Assembly: GCA_029978585.1 (NCBI GenBank)
Contig: JAPOJD010000001.1
Location: forward strand, 1 to 56,489
Reading direction: 5' to 3'
Source: Actinomycetota bacterium
GTDB taxonomy: Bacteria > Actinomycetota > Actinomycetes > S36-B12
Length of the DNA: 56,489 nt
Within the stretch, counting starts at the first letter, position 1; every line of letters starts with the position of its first letter. The notes under the pieces are model-generated. The model saw only the letters and a program-made list of their open reading frames with translations. It was not told the origin of the DNA and did not search any database. A program made the position numbers and the translations under genes. This document shows, piece by piece, positions 29,219 through 40,862 of this stretch.

Positions 29219-31030
29219 GTGCCGCCGTCCACCCCCAGCAGTCGCACCGGTGTGACTGCCCGTCCCGGCCGACTGCTCATCGTGATGGCGGTCATCTTCG
29301 GCCTCCTCGCCGCCTGGGCGTTCTGGCCCGGAGGTGACAACCGCGTGCGATTGGGCCTCGACCTCCGCGGTGGCACCCAGGTGGTCCTACAGCCGCGGGC
29401 CGTCCAGGAGGGCGCGGCCATCACGGATGCCCAGCTGGCGCAGACCGTCGAGATCATCCGCCAGCGCGTCGATGGCGTCGGCGTGGCGGAGAGCGAGGTC
29501 ACCGTCCAAGGATCCGGCCAGGGCGCCGCGATCGTGGTCTCGGTGCCCGACGTCAGCCAGGATCGCCTCGTTGAGTTGGTGGGCCGTACTGCCATGCTGG
29601 ACTTCCGTCCGGTCTGGTCGATCGCTTCCCCGGCCTCGTCGACGGTTCCGCCCCCGACCGACGATACGGCGGCGACGCAGGACATTGCCGTGGGCGACGA
29701 CACGGCCGCTCAGGACGACACGGCCGCGGGCGCGGCCGGAGCCGCCCAGGACGACACGGCGGGGACCGCGACCGCGGGTGCGGCCGCAGCCGCCCAGGAC
29801 GACACGGCCCCCAAGACGAGCGCGGCGATCGTGCAGTCGCCTGAGAACGATCCCGCATTCACCGAGAAGGTCGCGGCGCTGGACTGCCTGGACCCCGTCA
29901 ACCAGGCGGGCGGGAGCCCGGACGACCCCGCGCAGTGGCTCGGCACCTGTGATCAGGATGGCCTGGCGAAGTACACGCTGCAGCCGGCGTTCATCCGCGG
30001 TACCAACGTCACCGGGGCTACCGCGCAACTTCCGCAGCAGGGAGTCGGGGGATGGGTCGTCAGCCTGAATTTCGACTCCGAGGGCGCCTCGGCGCTCTCG
30101 CAGGCGTCCCAGGAGCTCTATTCGCTGCCCGAGTGCAGCCCCGGCGGCCCGAGCCCCTGTAACGCCTTCGCGATTGTCCTCGACGGAGTCGTCGTGTCGG
30201 CTCCTCGATTCAACGAGCCCATCCTGGGCGGCCAGGCCCAGATCGAGGGCCAGTTCACCGCGCAGGAAGCGCAGGACCTCGCCAACATCCTCAGCTACGG
30301 CGCCCTGCCGGTGACGCTGGACGTCGTCGAGGTCACCAGCATCTCGCCCACCGTGGGCAGTGATCAGTTGCGCGCGGGGCTGATCGCCGGAGCTATTGGG
30401 TTCCTCCTCATCGTCGTCTTCCTCCTCGTCTACTACCGGGCGCTGGGCATTGTGGCGGTGCTCAGCCTCGTGCTCGCCGCCTCGATGACGTACTTCCTGT
30501 TCATCGCCCTCGGCAAGACGATCGGGTTCACGCTGACGCTTGCCGGCGTGGCAGGCGCGATCGTGTCCATCGGCATCACCGCGGACTCGTTCATCATCTA
30601 CTTCGAACGTATCCGTGACGCCTTGCGCGAGGGGAAGTCCATGCGCCAAGCCGCGGAGTCGGGGTGGCTCCTGGCGAGGCGCACGATCCTCGCCGCCGAC
30701 TTCGTGACGCTGCTCGGTGCCATCGTCCTGTACATCATCTCGGTGGGCAACGTCCGCGGCTTCGCCTTCACGCTCGGCCTCACCATGGCCGTCGACGTCA
30801 TCGTGGCCTTCCTGTTCACCTTCCCGCTCGCCGTCCTCTTCTGCCGCTCGGCCTGGATGCAGAAGGGCACGTGGCTGGGCGGACTCCGCGTCGGGGTGCG
30901 CTCCTCCGGGGACAGTGCGCGACGTGACAGCAAGGCGAAGGGCAAGAACAAGGCCGGCGAAGACGAAGCCGGGGATGGCAGCCAGCAGGAAGGCGCCGAC
31001 ACGACCGACACCGCGGAGGTGGAGTCCTGA
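29219..31030 (+). CDS. secD: Protein translocase subunit SecD (with low-complexity insertion)
   Basis: LGLDLRGGTQVVL, RVDGVGVAES and the C-terminal six-TM SecD/F domain. Contains an AQDDTA repeat insertion at about 29690-29810. Confidence 0.9.
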   Translation: MPPSTPSSRTGVTARPGRLLIVMAVIFGLLAAWAFWPGGDNRVRLGLDLRGGTQVVLQPRAVQEGAAITDAQLAQTVEIIRQRVDGVGVAESEVTVQGSGQGAAIVVSVPDVSQDRLVELVGRTAMLDFRPVWSIASPASSTVPPPTDDTAATQDIAVGDDTAAQDDTAAGAAGAAQDDTAGTATAGAAAAAQDDTAPKTSAAIVQSPENDPAFTEKVAALDCLDPVNQAGGSPDDPAQWLGTCDQDGLAKYTLQPAFIRGTNVTGATAQLPQQGVGGWVVSLNFDSEGASALSQASQELYSLPECSPGGPSPCNAFAIVLDGVVVSAPRFNEPILGGQAQIEGQFTAQEAQDLANILSYGALPVTLDVVEVTSISPTVGSDQLRAGLIAGAIGFLLIVVFLLVYYRALGIVAVLSLVLAASMTYFLFIALGKTIGFTLTLAGVAGAIVSIGITADSFIIYFERIRDALREGKSMRQAAESGWLLARRTILAADFVTLLGAIVLYIISVGNVRGFAFTLGLTMAVDVIVAFLFTFPLAVLFCRSAWMQKGTWLGGLRVGVRSSGDSARRDSKAKGKNKAGEDEAGDGSQQEGADTTDTAEVES

Positions 31031-32136
31031 TGGCTCGGATGACGTGGGGCGATCGTCTCTACACCGGCCAGTCCGGCATCAACTTCGTCGGACGAAAGAA
31101 GCTGTGGTTCTCGATCTCAGCGGTGCTGCTGCTCATCTCCATCGGAGCGCTGGTCTTCCGAGGGCTCAACCTGGGCATCGAGTTCACCGGCGGAGCCGTC
31201 TTTGCGGTCCCCAGCGCGGCCTGCTCGGTACCCGATGCGCGTGACGCAGCCGAAGGCGTGGCCGAGGGCGACGTGATCGTAACCGAGACCGGTGCCGGGA
31301 TCGTGCGCGTGCAGACGGGACCCCTGACCCCGGCTGCGACTCAGGACGTCATCAACGTCCTCGCGCAGGCCTGTGACGTGGGTCCGAACACGATCACCTC
31401 CCAGGTCGTCGGTCCGACATGGGGCGCGGAGATCACCAGCAAGGGCATTCAGGCACTCATCGTCTTCCTCATCCTGGTGACCCTGTTCCTGTCGATCTAC
31501 TTCGAATGGCGATTCGCTGTCGCGGCGCTGGCCGCCCTCGCCCACGACATCATCATCACGGTCGGGGTGTATGCCCTCACGGGCCTGCCCGTGACGCCCG
31601 CGACCCTGATCGGCTTCCTCACCATCCTCGGCTACTCCCTCTACGACACCGTGGTCGTGTTCGACAAGATCCGAGAGGACACCAAGGGCATCACGGGCCA
31701 GTCCGTGATGACCTACGCCGAGGTCGCCAATCGCTCCGTCAACCAGGTCCTGGTCCGCTCGATCAACACGTCCATCACCTCGCTCCTCCCCGTGCTCGCC
31801 ATCATCATCGTCGGCGCGGGACTGCTGGGAGCCGGCACGCTCCTCGACCTGGCCGTGGCCCTGGCGATCGGCATGTTCATCGGCGTCTACTCGTCGCTGT
31901 TCGTCGCCACTCCGCTGGCGGTCATCCTGAAGTCGCGGCAGGAGGACATCCGGGCCCTTGATCGTCGGGTGGCGTCGCGGCGGGCCGGCCAGGCCCGGCG
32001 GGGAGACGGCGACGCGGAAGGGCCCGAGCCCGGTGACGACGGTGCCGCTGCAGTGACGGCGGGCTCCGCATCCGCGAATGCCGGCACGCGGGCCCAGCCC
32101 AAGCGGCAGCCGCGCTCCAAGCGCGGCAAGAAGTAG
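31030..32136 (+). CDS. secF: Protein translocase subunit SecF
   Basis: LGIEFTGG, SecD/F TM domain, Arg/Gly-rich tail. 1-nt overlap with secD. Confidence 0.9.
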   Translation: MARMTWGDRLYTGQSGINFVGRKKLWFSISAVLLLISIGALVFRGLNLGIEFTGGAVFAVPSAACSVPDARDAAEGVAEGDVIVTETGAGIVRVQTGPLTPAATQDVINVLAQACDVGPNTITSQVVGPTWGAEITSKGIQALIVFLILVTLFLSIYFEWRFAVAALAALAHDIIITVGVYALTGLPVTPATLIGFLTILGYSLYDTVVVFDKIREDTKGITGQSVMTYAEVANRSVNQVLVRSINTSITSLLPVLAIIIVGAGLLGAGTLLDLAVALAIGMFIGVYSSLFVATPLAVILKSRQEDIRALDRRVASRRAGQARRGDGDAEGPEPGDDGAAAVTAGSASANAGTRAQPKRQPRSKRGKK

Positions 32137-32194
32137 CCACGACAGGCGGATCGCCTCTGGACAGTGGCCCGTACACTGGCACTGGAGGTGAGGC

Positions 32195-34468
32195 GTGGTT
32201 CAGGAGGCGACGTCCCCCCGCGAGGCTGCGGCCGCCGATGCCTCCGGCGGGCTGCGATCGAGGATCGCTCGGCTTGCCGGCTCGCGCAACGCCCCGCCCG
32301 AGCTCGAGCCGCTGCTGAAGACCCTGCGCCAGTTCCACCCGAAGTCTGACGCCCGGATGGTGCAGCGGGCATACGAGACCGCGTCGTACCTCCATCGAGA
32401 CCAGAGGCGCCGCTCGGGGGACCCCTACATCACCCACCCCCTGGCAGTGGCCACCATCCTCGCCGAGCTCGGCATGACTGCGCCGACCCTTGCCGCAGCG
32501 CTACTCCACGACACCGTGGAGGACACCGGGTACTCCCTCGAGGAATTGCGGGAGGACTTCGGAGACGAGGTCGCCGCGCTGGTCGACGGGGTGACCAAGT
32601 TGGATCGGGTCACCTACGGCCAGGCCTCTGCGGCGGAGACGGTGCGCAAGATGGTCGTGGCCATGGCCCGCGACATTCGGGTCCTGGTGATCAAGCTCGC
32701 AGATCGCCTGCACAACATGCGCACCCTGTCCTTCATGCCCCCGGAGAAGCAGGAGAAGAAGGCCCGCGAGACTCTTGAGATCTACGCGCCCCTGGCCCAC
32801 CGACTCGGTGTCAACACGATGAAGTGGGAATTGGAGGACCTGTCCTTCGCCACGCTCTACCCGAAGATGTACGAAGAGATCGAGCGTCTCGTCGGACAGC
32901 GCGCCCCGTCGCGAGACCAGTACCTCACCCGGGTGATCTCCGACATCGAATCAGACCTTCGTGGCGCGAAGCTCAAGGCATCGGTCACGGGTCGGCCGAA
33001 GCACTACTACTCCATCTACCAGAAGATGATCGTGCGAGGCCGCGACTTCTCCGATATCTACGATCTCGTCGGAGTGCGAATCCTGGTCGAGTCGATTCGC
33101 GACTGCTACGCCGTCCTGGGGGTCATCCACTCTCGCTGGAGCCCGGTTCCGGGACGCTTCAAGGACTTCATCGCGATGCCGAAGTTCAACATGTACCAGT
33201 CACTCCACACCACCGTGATCGGGCCCGAGGGCAAGCCGGTAGAACTGCAGATCCGGACATGGGACATGCACCGGGCCGCCGAGTTCGGGGTGGACGCCCA
33301 CTGGCGCTACAAGCAGGCCGAGGTCGGGGGGAAGCGGGGCCCCGACGACTTCGGCTGGCTGCGCCAACTCCTGGAGTGGCAGCGCGAGACCGAGGACCCG
33401 GATGAGTTCCTCGACTCTCTGCGGTACGACCTTGGGTCGACGGAGGTCTTCGTTTTCACCCCCAAGGGGGACGTCGTGGCTCTCCCGGCCGGGGCGACGG
33501 CTGTCGACTTCGCCTACAGCGTCCACACCGAAGTCGGCCACCGCTGCGTGGGGGCTCGGGTAAACGGCAAGCTCGTCCCCCTGGAGTCACCGCTGGAGAA
33601 CGGCGACGTCGTCGAGATCTTCACCTCGAAGGCCGAAGGCGCCGGCCCCAGCCGCGACTGGCTGGGCTTCGTCCAGTCGCCGCGTGCCCGGAGCAAGATC
33701 AAGGCCTGGTTCTCCAAGGAGCGGCGCGAGGAGGCGATCGAGGCCGGCAAGGCCGCGATCGTGCGGGCCATGCGCAAAGAGGGCCTGCCGCTGCAGCGGC
33801 TCATGACCAACCAGGCGCTGAGCACCATCGCGGCCGAACTGCACCAGGCAGACGTATCTGCGCTGTACGCCGCCGTGGGGGATGGTCGTATCGCCGCCAC
33901 GAGCATCGTGAAGCGGCTGGTGGCCGCTGCCGGGGGCGTGGACGGCGCCGCCGACGATGCCGCCGAGGCGGTGACCCCGACTCGTGCCCCGCGCACGTCC
34001 CCCGGGACGGACCCCGGCGTCATCGTCAAGGGCGTCACGGACGTGTGGGTCAAGCTTGCGAAGTGCTGCACTCCGGTTCCCGGTGACGAGATCGTGGGGT
34101 TCGTGACTCGAGGCTCTGGGGTCTCAGTGCACCGTCGATCGTGCAGCAACGTGCCCGGCCTGCTCGCCGCCGAGGGCGAATCCGCACCGGGGCAGCGCTT
34201 CGTCGATGTCGCGTGGGCCCCGACATCGTCCAGTGTCTTCCTCGTCAACATCCAGGTCGAGGCACTGGATCGCTCGAGGTTGCTCTCCGATGTCACGCGC
34301 GCACTGTCCGACCAGCACGTCAACATCCTCAGCGCCTCCGTGACAACCACCCGGGATCGGATCGCGCTGTCGCGGTTCACGTTCGAGATGGCAGACCCGA
34401 TGCACCTCGGATCGGTCCTGAAGTCGGTGAGAGCCGTCGAGGGGGTCTTTGACGCCTACCGCGTGTGA
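32195..34468 (+). CDS. relA: Bifunctional (p)ppGpp synthetase/hydrolase, RelA/SpoT (Rel) family
   Basis: HD domain (HPLAVA...LHDTVEDT), synthetase domain ([16 protein letters not shown]), TGS and ACT domains. Confidence 0.93.
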   Translation: MVQEATSPREAAAADASGGLRSRIARLAGSRNAPPELEPLLKTLRQFHPKSDARMVQRAYETASYLHRDQRRRSGDPYITHPLAVATILAELGMTAPTLAAALLHDTVEDTGYSLEELREDFGDEVAALVDGVTKLDRVTYGQASAAETVRKMVVAMARDIRVLVIKLADRLHNMRTLSFMPPEKQEKKARETLEIYAPLAHRLGVNTMKWELEDLSFATLYPKMYEEIERLVGQRAPSRDQYLTRVISDIESDLRGAKLKASVTGRPKHYYSIYQKMIVRGRDFSDIYDLVGVRILVESIRDCYAVLGVIHSRWSPVPGRFKDFIAMPKFNMYQSLHTTVIGPEGKPVELQIRTWDMHRAAEFGVDAHWRYKQAEVGGKRGPDDFGWLRQLLEWQRETEDPDEFLDSLRYDLGSTEVFVFTPKGDVVALPAGATAVDFAYSVHTEVGHRCVGARVNGKLVPLESPLENGDVVEIFTSKAEGAGPSRDWLGFVQSPRARSKIKAWFSKERREEAIEAGKAAIVRAMRKEGLPLQRLMTNQALSTIAAELHQADVSALYAAVGDGRIAATSIVKRLVAAAGGVDGAADDAAEAVTPTRAPRTSPGTDPGVIVKGVTDVWVKLAKCCTPVPGDEIVGFVTRGSGVSVHRRSCSNVPGLLAAEGESAPGQRFVDVAWAPTSSSVFLVNIQVEALDRSRLLSDVTRALSDQHVNILSASVTTTRDRIALSRFTFEMADPMHLGSVLKSVRAVEGVFDAYRV

Positions 34469-34474
34469 GGGCGG

Positions 34475-35914
34475 TCAGCTGAGGTCGGACAGGGTTCCCT
34501 GGGCCGCCTCGAAGAGGGCCCGCGCGGACTCCAGCGACTGCTCCGCCTTGGCCACGGCGACGTAGTCCCCGCGCTCGCGTGCCGAGTCGACCTCCCCCTG
34601 GGCCCGCTCCATCGCGGCGCGGAACTTCGCGGCGGTCTCCTCGGCGCGGGCACGGACCTCCGGATTGGCCGAGCCCCAGCGCCTCTGGTCGGCTTCTCTC
34701 AGGGCATCCTCGACCTTCTTGAACCGACCCTCCACGCGATCGCGTTCGGCACGAGGCACGGGTCCCACTGCGTCCCAGCGATCCTGCAGCGAGCGCATGG
34801 CCCGCTTGGCCGAGGCGAGGTCCGTCACGGGCAGCAGGGCCTCGGCCTCGGAGGCCAGCGCCTCCTTGCGCTCGAGGTTCGACTGGAACTCCGTATCGCG
34901 CTCGGCGTTGGCGGCGTCGCGGGCCCGGAAGAAGTCATCCTGGGCCGCCCGGAATCTCGCCCAGAGGCGCTCCTCATCCGCTCGACCAGCGTGACCGGCG
35001 GCCTTCCACCGGTCCATGAGCTGACGGAAGGCACGCGACGTGGCCGCCCAGTCCGTCGAGGTCGCCAAGGCACGGGCCTGCTCGATGAGGGCCTCCTTGG
35101 CGGCCACCGCCTCCTTGCGCTGAGCGTCGACCTGCGAGAAGTGCTGGCGCCGGCACCGGTCGAAGTGCGCGCGCGCCGCGCTGAAGCGGCGCCACAGCTG
35201 CTGCTCCGTCGCCCGATCGACGTGCGGTGCGGCCTTCCACTCGTCGAGGATCGCCGCGTAGCGCTCCCCGGTGGCCTTCCACTGGCGCGAGTCCTGCAGC
35301 GACTCCGCCTCGGCAACGAGGCCCTCACGCCGGGCCAGTGCCTCCTCGCGCTGCCGTGCACGGGCAGCCTCGCGTTCGGCCCGATGCGATGCCATGAGCC
35401 GCTCCACGTCGGCGCAGGCCTCGCCGAGCTGGACGACGTCACCGATGAAGGCCGGTGCGGCGAGGGCCGCCCGTGCGTGGTCCACGGCGGCGCGCGCCTG
35501 GTCGAGGCGTCCGCGCCCTTCGCGCAGGCGGTAGGCGGCAAGGTCGACTTCGACCAGGATGTCGTCGTACTTACGGCCGAAGAACGCCAGCCCCTCGGCC
35601 ACGGTGCCGGCCGCCCAGTTCCCGACGACAACATCGCCATCGGGGGTGCTGAGCCATACGGTCCCGGTCTCGTCAATGCGCCCGAACCTGGTCGGATCCG
35701 TCGAACGCGGGGTAGGCGCGGGCGACGGCTGACGTGCCGGAGCAGCCGGGCGGGGACGCAGGCCGCCCGGCGTGGGGACAGGGCGGGGAGCAGCGGGCGC
35801 GGGCAACTGGGGAAACTGGGGCCGGGCCTCGAGGACGCCGAAGGTGCTCGGGTTGCCTACGACGACCACCGGCTCCTGCGGCAGAAGATCGCCATCACGG
35901 CTGTCCTCGCTCAT
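34475..35914 (-). CDS. DUF349 domain-containing protein
   Basis: Repeated helical modules with W-K/R patterns (DEWKAAPHVDRATEQQLWRRF, DRWKAAGHAGRADEERLWARF, DRWDAVGPVPRAERDRVEGRF). Start at MSEDSRD. Confidence 0.7.
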   Translation of the reverse strand: MSEDSRDGDLLPQEPVVVVGNPSTFGVLEARPQFPQLPAPAAPRPVPTPGGLRPRPAAPARQPSPAPTPRSTDPTRFGRIDETGTVWLSTPDGDVVVGNWAAGTVAEGLAFFGRKYDDILVEVDLAAYRLREGRGRLDQARAAVDHARAALAAPAFIGDVVQLGEACADVERLMASHRAEREAARARQREEALARREGLVAEAESLQDSRQWKATGERYAAILDEWKAAPHVDRATEQQLWRRFSAARAHFDRCRRQHFSQVDAQRKEAVAAKEALIEQARALATSTDWAATSRAFRQLMDRWKAAGHAGRADEERLWARFRAAQDDFFRARDAANAERDTEFQSNLERKEALASEAEALLPVTDLASAKRAMRSLQDRWDAVGPVPRAERDRVEGRFKKVEDALREADQRRWGSANPEVRARAEETAAKFRAAMERAQGEVDSARERGDYVAVAKAEQSLESARALFEAAQGTLSDLS

Positions 35915-35957
35915 CCGACTCCCTCGTTCACGCGGGTGATCCTGCCACCCGCGTGGC

Positions 35958-36878
35958 TCAGCCCCGTTGTGCGGGCGTGACCGTTGCCTTCTCGATGATG
36001 ACCGGTTGCGCGGGCGGGCCGTCGCTGCCGCCGCCTTCGACCCCGGCGCTGGCGATTCCTCGGACCACGTCAAGGCCGCTGGTCACCTTGCCCCAGATGG
36101 TGTACCCCGAGGGGAGCGTGGTGTTCTCGTACACGATGAAGAACTGGCTCCCGCCTGTCCCGGGCCCGGCGTTCGCCATGGCGACGGTGCCGGCCGGGTA
36201 GTTGTCGGCCCCCTCGGCGGGCAGGTTCTCATCGGGAATGGAGTAGCCCGGGCCCCCGGTTCCGTCGCCCTTGGGGTCACCGCACTGCAGGACGTAGATC
36301 CCTTCAGTGGTGAGGCGATGGCAGGCCGTGAGGTCGAAGTAGCCCTCGTCTGCGAGGAAGGCCATCGATGCGGTTGTGACGGGCGCCCCCTGTGGCTCCA
36401 GCGCGATCTCGATATCGCCGCAGTTGGTGACGAGCGTCATCGTGTAGTCGGTCGTGGCCTTCAGCGACGTGTCCGGGGCCGCGTCCCAGGAGAGGTCATC
36501 GGGTCGCGTCGCCTTCGGCTGCCGGCAGTCGAGCTCCGCGGCTGCGGCCGAGGACTCCGGTGAGGGCACGCCCGACGGGCTGGTCAGATCAGAAGGGGCC
36601 TCGCTGGGAACGTCGGGACTGGGTGCGTCGGGACTCGGTGCCTCGGGACTGGGTACGTCCGTGGGTACGTCCGTGGGCGCATCAGCGGGCGCGACGCTGG
36701 TGTCGCTGCTGCGGTTGACGGCGAACCAGGCAACGCCCCCGGCGATGACCACGAGCACAGCGACAACGGCGATGATCTGGTTGCGGCGTCGACGCCGTTG
36801 CGCGGCCTCGGCCCGCCGAGCGGCCTGGCGCTCCGCCTTCGCGCGCGCCACTTCGCGCGCTCGCTTGCTGGACCCCAC
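35958..36878 (-). CDS. Membrane-anchored cyclophilin-type peptidyl-prolyl cis-trans isomerase
   Basis: C-terminal cyclophilin motifs (HRLTTEGIYVLQCGDP, GTVAMANAGPGTGGSQFFIV). N-terminal basic region, TM and Pro/Ser/Asp repeat linker. GTG preceded by GGAGGGAGG. Confidence 0.82.
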   Translation of the reverse strand: MGSSKRAREVARAKAERQAARRAEAAQRRRRRNQIIAVVAVLVVIAGGVAWFAVNRSSDTSVAPADAPTDVPTDVPSPEAPSPDAPSPDVPSEAPSDLTSPSGVPSPESSAAAAELDCRQPKATRPDDLSWDAAPDTSLKATTDYTMTLVTNCGDIEIALEPQGAPVTTASMAFLADEGYFDLTACHRLTTEGIYVLQCGDPKGDGTGGPGYSIPDENLPAEGADNYPAGTVAMANAGPGTGGSQFFIVYENTTLPSGYTIWGKVTSGLDVVRGIASAGVEGGGSDGPPAQPVIIEKATVTPAQRG

Positions 36879-37072
36879 GGATCCTCCCTCCAGCAGCCCG
36901 ACGGTCGCCCGGGGGCCCCGCACCCCCGTCGTTGCGTGAGTGTACGTAATGCCCACCGACGCCCCGGTGAGCGTATCCGCCTCCGGGCGGCGCAGGTAGG
37001 CTGCGCTCACCGCCCGGGCCGCCCCGGGTCCCCGACCCGCGGCCCCGGGCCGCGCCTGATGCGGAGGTCACA

Positions 37073-37789
37073 GTGCTGGTCACCGGCTTCCCGGCGGGGT
37101 CGTGGGGGACCAACTGCTACGTGGTCGCCGCGGCCGAGGGCGAGGACTGCCTCGTCGTCGATCCCGGGCAGGACAGCATCGACGGCCTGGCCGACATCTT
37201 CCGCGAGCATCGATTGCGTCCCGTGGCGGTCCTGCTGACCCACGGTCACATCGATCATGTGTGGTCGGTGGCTCCGCTCACGGCGGGCCACGGGATCCCG
37301 GCCTACATCCACCATGACGACCGCTACCGGCTCGAAGACCCTGCCGGGTCCAGCTTTGCCCTGGCGCGGGACCAGTTGCTCGCCATGACCAAGGGCGCAC
37401 TCGAACTCACCGAGCCCGAGGATGTGCGGACCTTCGCAGATGCCGCGCACCTGGACGTCGCTGGAGTTTCGCTCTCCGTGGCCCACGCCCCGGGGCACAC
37501 CGAGGGCTCATCCGTGTTCATCGCGCCTCGCGACGGCAATCGTCCGCCGGTGATGCTGTCAGGAGACCTGCTCTTCGCCGGATCCATCGGCCGAACCGAC
37601 CTACCCGGCGGGAATGCCGCGGCCATGACCGAGAGCCTGCGCCGCGTGGTCCTCCCTCAGGACGACGACATGATCGTGATGCCCGGCCACGGTGATCTCA
37701 CCACCATCGGCGAAGAGCGGGCGAGGAACCCCTACCTCGTGGACCTCGTCGGCGGGAGCATCGGTCAGATGCCGACGAGGGGTCTGTGA
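37073..37789 (+). CDS. MBL-fold metallo-hydrolase (glyoxalase II-like)
   Basis: THGHIDH motif, later HTEG and PGHG. Confidence 0.8.
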   Translation: MLVTGFPAGSWGTNCYVVAAAEGEDCLVVDPGQDSIDGLADIFREHRLRPVAVLLTHGHIDHVWSVAPLTAGHGIPAYIHHDDRYRLEDPAGSSFALARDQLLAMTKGALELTEPEDVRTFADAAHLDVAGVSLSVAHAPGHTEGSSVFIAPRDGNRPPVMLSGDLLFAGSIGRTDLPGGNAAAMTESLRRVVLPQDDDMIVMPGHGDLTTIGEERARNPYLVDLVGGSIGQMPTRGL

Positions 37790-39111
37790 TGGCCAAGGCC
37801 ACCGGGCTGTCCGGCTTTCCTGAGTGGCTCCCGGCAGGGCGACTCGTCGAGCAGCACATCCTCGATGAGGCCCGCCGTGTCTTCGAGTTGCACGGCTTCA
37901 GCTCCCTCGAGACTCGCTCGGTCGAGCCGCTCGAGGTACTGCTGGACAAGGGCGAGGTCGACAAGGAGGTCTACGTCGTGCGCCGGCTCCACGGCGATGA
38001 AGACGCCGGTCTCGCTCTGCACTTCGATCTCACGGTTCCGTTCGCCCGGTTCGTCGTGGAGCACTCCGGTGCCCTGGCGTTCCCTTTCCGGCGTTATCAG
38101 ATCCAGAAGGTATGGCGCGGCGAAAGGCCGCAGGAAGGCCGCTTCCGGGAGTTCACGCAGGCCGACATCGACATCGTCGACGCCGGCCACCTGGCCGCAC
38201 ACCATGACGCCGAGATGGCGTTGGTCATGGCAGAGTTCCTGGGAACCCTCCCGATTCCTCCCACGGTCATCCTGCTCAACAATCGCAAGGTCCTCGAGGG
38301 CTTCTATCGAGGCTTGGGCATCGCCGACTCTGCACCGGTCCTTCGGGCCATCGACAAACTCGACAAGGTCGGGCGTGACCGGGTCCGCACCCTTCTCATC
38401 GACGATGCCGGCCTCGATGCCGGCCAGGCGGACCTTTGCCTGGAACTTGCGGCTATCTCGGCCGAGGATGCCTCCTTCGTGCGTCGCGTGCGTGACCTCG
38501 GGGTGTCCGACCCCCTGCTGGAGGAGGGACTCGCGGAACTCGCGGCGGTGATCGACTCGGTGAGCCGGCGACGCCCCGGTGCTGCCAGGGTCGACCTGCA
38601 CATCGCGAGGGGGCTGGACTACTACACCGGGACCGTCTACGAGACACAGGTGGTCGGCTTCGAGTCCTTCGGCTCGATCTGCTCGGGCGGTCGCTATGAC
38701 GCCCTGGCATCCGACGGCAAGACGACGTACCCGGGGGTGGGCATCTCGCTGGGCGTCACCCGGCTGGTCTCCCTCCTTCTGGGCCGCGACCTGGTTCGTG
38801 CATCGCGATCCGTACCCACCGCCGTCCTCGTAGCGGTCGTGGATGAGGAGTCGCGTACCGAGAGCGATGACGTGGCGCACGCTTTGCGAGGCAGGGGCAT
38901 TCCGTGCGAGGTCGCGCCCGCCGCTGACAAGTTCGGCAAGCAGATCCGGTACGCCGATCGCCGCGGCATCCCCTACGTGTGGTTCCCTGAGGCGGGCAAC
39001 CACACGGTCAAGGACATCCGTTCCGGAGAGCAGGTGCCTGCCGACGCGTTGACCTGGTCGCCGCCCGCTCAGGACCTCACGCCACAGATACTTCAAGGAG
39101 AAGGCACGTGA
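37786..39111 (+). CDS. hisS: Histidine--tRNA ligase
   Basis: Class II motifs ([30 protein letters not shown]) and anticodon-binding domain. Start is GTG 37786 or ATG 37789. Confidence 0.9.
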   Translation: MMAKATGLSGFPEWLPAGRLVEQHILDEARRVFELHGFSSLETRSVEPLEVLLDKGEVDKEVYVVRRLHGDEDAGLALHFDLTVPFARFVVEHSGALAFPFRRYQIQKVWRGERPQEGRFREFTQADIDIVDAGHLAAHHDAEMALVMAEFLGTLPIPPTVILLNNRKVLEGFYRGLGIADSAPVLRAIDKLDKVGRDRVRTLLIDDAGLDAGQADLCLELAAISAEDASFVRRVRDLGVSDPLLEEGLAELAAVIDSVSRRRPGAARVDLHIARGLDYYTGTVYETQVVGFESFGSICSGGRYDALASDGKTTYPGVGISLGVTRLVSLLLGRDLVRASRSVPTAVLVAVVDEESRTESDDVAHALRGRGIPCEVAPAADKFGKQIRYADRRGIPYVWFPEAGNHTVKDIRSGEQVPADALTWSPPAQDLTPQILQGEGT

Positions 39112-40862
39112 TCCGCACCCATGAGGCCGGCCGACTCACCTCGGCGGACGCAGGATCGACGATCACCCTGGCGGGGTGGGTGGGTTCCCGCCGCGACCAT
39201 GGCGGGGTTGCCTTCCTCGACCTGCGGGATGCGAGCGGCATCGTCCAGGTGGTCGTCAACGACCCCGAGGTCGCCCACGGGCTCCGGGATGAGTACTGCC
39301 TCAAGGTGACGGGGACCGTACGGCGCAGGCCCGAGGGCAACGAGAATCCCGAACTGGCCACCGGTGACATCGAGGTCGAGGCCGCGGACGTGGAGGTGCT
39401 CAGCCCCGCGGCCCCGCTTCCCTTCCCGATCGACGACCGCGTGAGCGTCGGTGACGAGACCCGGCTGCGGCACCGCTACCTCGACCTGCGGCGTCCCGCT
39501 GCGGGGGCTGCGCTCCGCATGCGTTCGAAGGTCAACCAGATCGCGCGCGACGTGCTGCTCGAGCGCGACTTCGTCGAGATCGAAACGCCCACCCTGACCC
39601 GGTCCACGCCGGAGGGGGCCCGGGATTTCCTCGTGCCCGTCCGCCTGCAGCCCGGACACTGGTACGCCCTACCTCAGTCGCCGCAGTTGTTCAAGCAACT
39701 CCTGATGGTGGCGGGCATGGAGCGCTACTTCCAGATCGCTCGCTGCTACCGCGACGAGGACTTCCGAGCCGACCGACAGCCTGAGTTCACGCAGCTCGAT
39801 ATCGAGATGTCCTTCGTGGAGCAAGAGGATGTGATCCAGGTAGGCGAGGCCGTTGTCAGGGCGCTGTGGCACGGCATCCTCGGGGTCGAGATCGGCGAAA
39901 TCCCGCGGATGACGTACGCGGAGGCCATGCGCAGGTTCGGGAGCGACAAGCCTGACCTGCGATTCGAACTCGAGCTCGTGGACCTCACCGAGTTCTTCAG
40001 CGGTACGCCGTTCCGAGTCTTCCAGGCCGAGCATGTCGGTGCGGTCGTCATGCCCGGCGGGGCCGAGCAGCCCAGGCGGGCCTTCGATGCGTGGCAGGAA
40101 TGGGCCAAGCAGCGCGGGGCGAAGGGCCTTGCCTACGTGACGGTCGGCGCCGACGGAGAGCTCGGCGGGCCGGTGGCCAAGAACGTATCCGATGCGGAAC
40201 GGGCGGGGCTGGCGGCGGCGGCCGGGGCACGGCCGGGGGACTGCGTCTTCTTCGCCGCCGGGCCGCGCGCGGATGCGCTCGCCCTGCTCGGGGCTACGCG
40301 CCTGGAGATCGGTCACCGACTGGGCCTCATCGACGAGTCGGATTGGTCCTTCCTCTGGGTGGTCGACGCGCCGATGTTCGAGCCCATCGAGGACGACGAG
40401 GGCAACCCGGGGTGGACAGCCGTGCACCATCCCTTCACATCGCCGAATGACGAGTGGATCGACCGTTTCGAGGCCTCTCCCGGCGAGGCCCTCGCCTGGG
40501 CCTACGACATGGTGTGCAACGGCAACGAGATCGGCGGCGGATCCATCCGAATACACCGCGCCGACGTTCAGCAACGCGTCTTCGACATGCTGGGCATATC
40601 CCCGGACGAGGCCCAGGAGAAGTTCGGCTTCCTGCTGGAAGCGTTCGCCTACGGACCACCTCCACACGGGGGCATCGCGTTCGGCTGGGATCGCATCTGC
40701 ATGCTGCTGGCGGGCGCCAACTCGTTGCGCGACGTGATCGCCTTCCCCAAGACCGGCGGAGGCCAGGACCCCTTGACGGGGGCCCCGACACCCATCACCG
40801 CCCAGCAGCGCAAGGAGGCGGGCATCGATGCCGCACCCGCTGAGGACAGCGCGTCCGACTGA
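39108..40862 (+). CDS. aspS: Aspartate--tRNA ligase
   Basis: OB-fold N-terminus, [42 protein letters not shown] overlap with hisS. Confidence 0.93.
   Translation: MIRTHEAGRLTSADAGSTITLAGWVGSRRDHGGVAFLDLRDASGIVQVVVNDPEVAHGLRDEYCLKVTGTVRRRPEGNENPELATGDIEVEAADVEVLSPAAPLPFPIDDRVSVGDETRLRHRYLDLRRPAAGAALRMRSKVNQIARDVLLERDFVEIETPTLTRSTPEGARDFLVPVRLQPGHWYALPQSPQLFKQLLMVAGMERYFQIARCYRDEDFRADRQPEFTQLDIEMSFVEQEDVIQVGEAVVRALWHGILGVEIGEIPRMTYAEAMRRFGSDKPDLRFELELVDLTEFFSGTPFRVFQAEHVGAVVMPGGAEQPRRAFDAWQEWAKQRGAKGLAYVTVGADGELGGPVAKNVSDAERAGLAAAAGARPGDCVFFAAGPRADALALLGATRLEIGHRLGLIDESDWSFLWVVDAPMFEPIEDDEGNPGWTAVHHPFTSPNDEWIDRFEASPGEALAWAYDMVCNGNEIGGGSIRIHRADVQQRVFDMLGISPDEAQEKFGFLLEAFAYGPPPHGGIAFGWDRICMLLAGANSLRDVIAFPKTGGGQDPLTGAPTPITAQQRKEAGIDAAPAEDSASD

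Noticed and set aside
32137-32194. Missing apt gene between secF and relA as a deletion event
   Set aside because: In mycobacteria apt lies in this interval, but here the spacer is only 58 nt with no remnant ORF. Gene-order differences of this kind are common between actinobacterial families and are not informative without a comparison genome.
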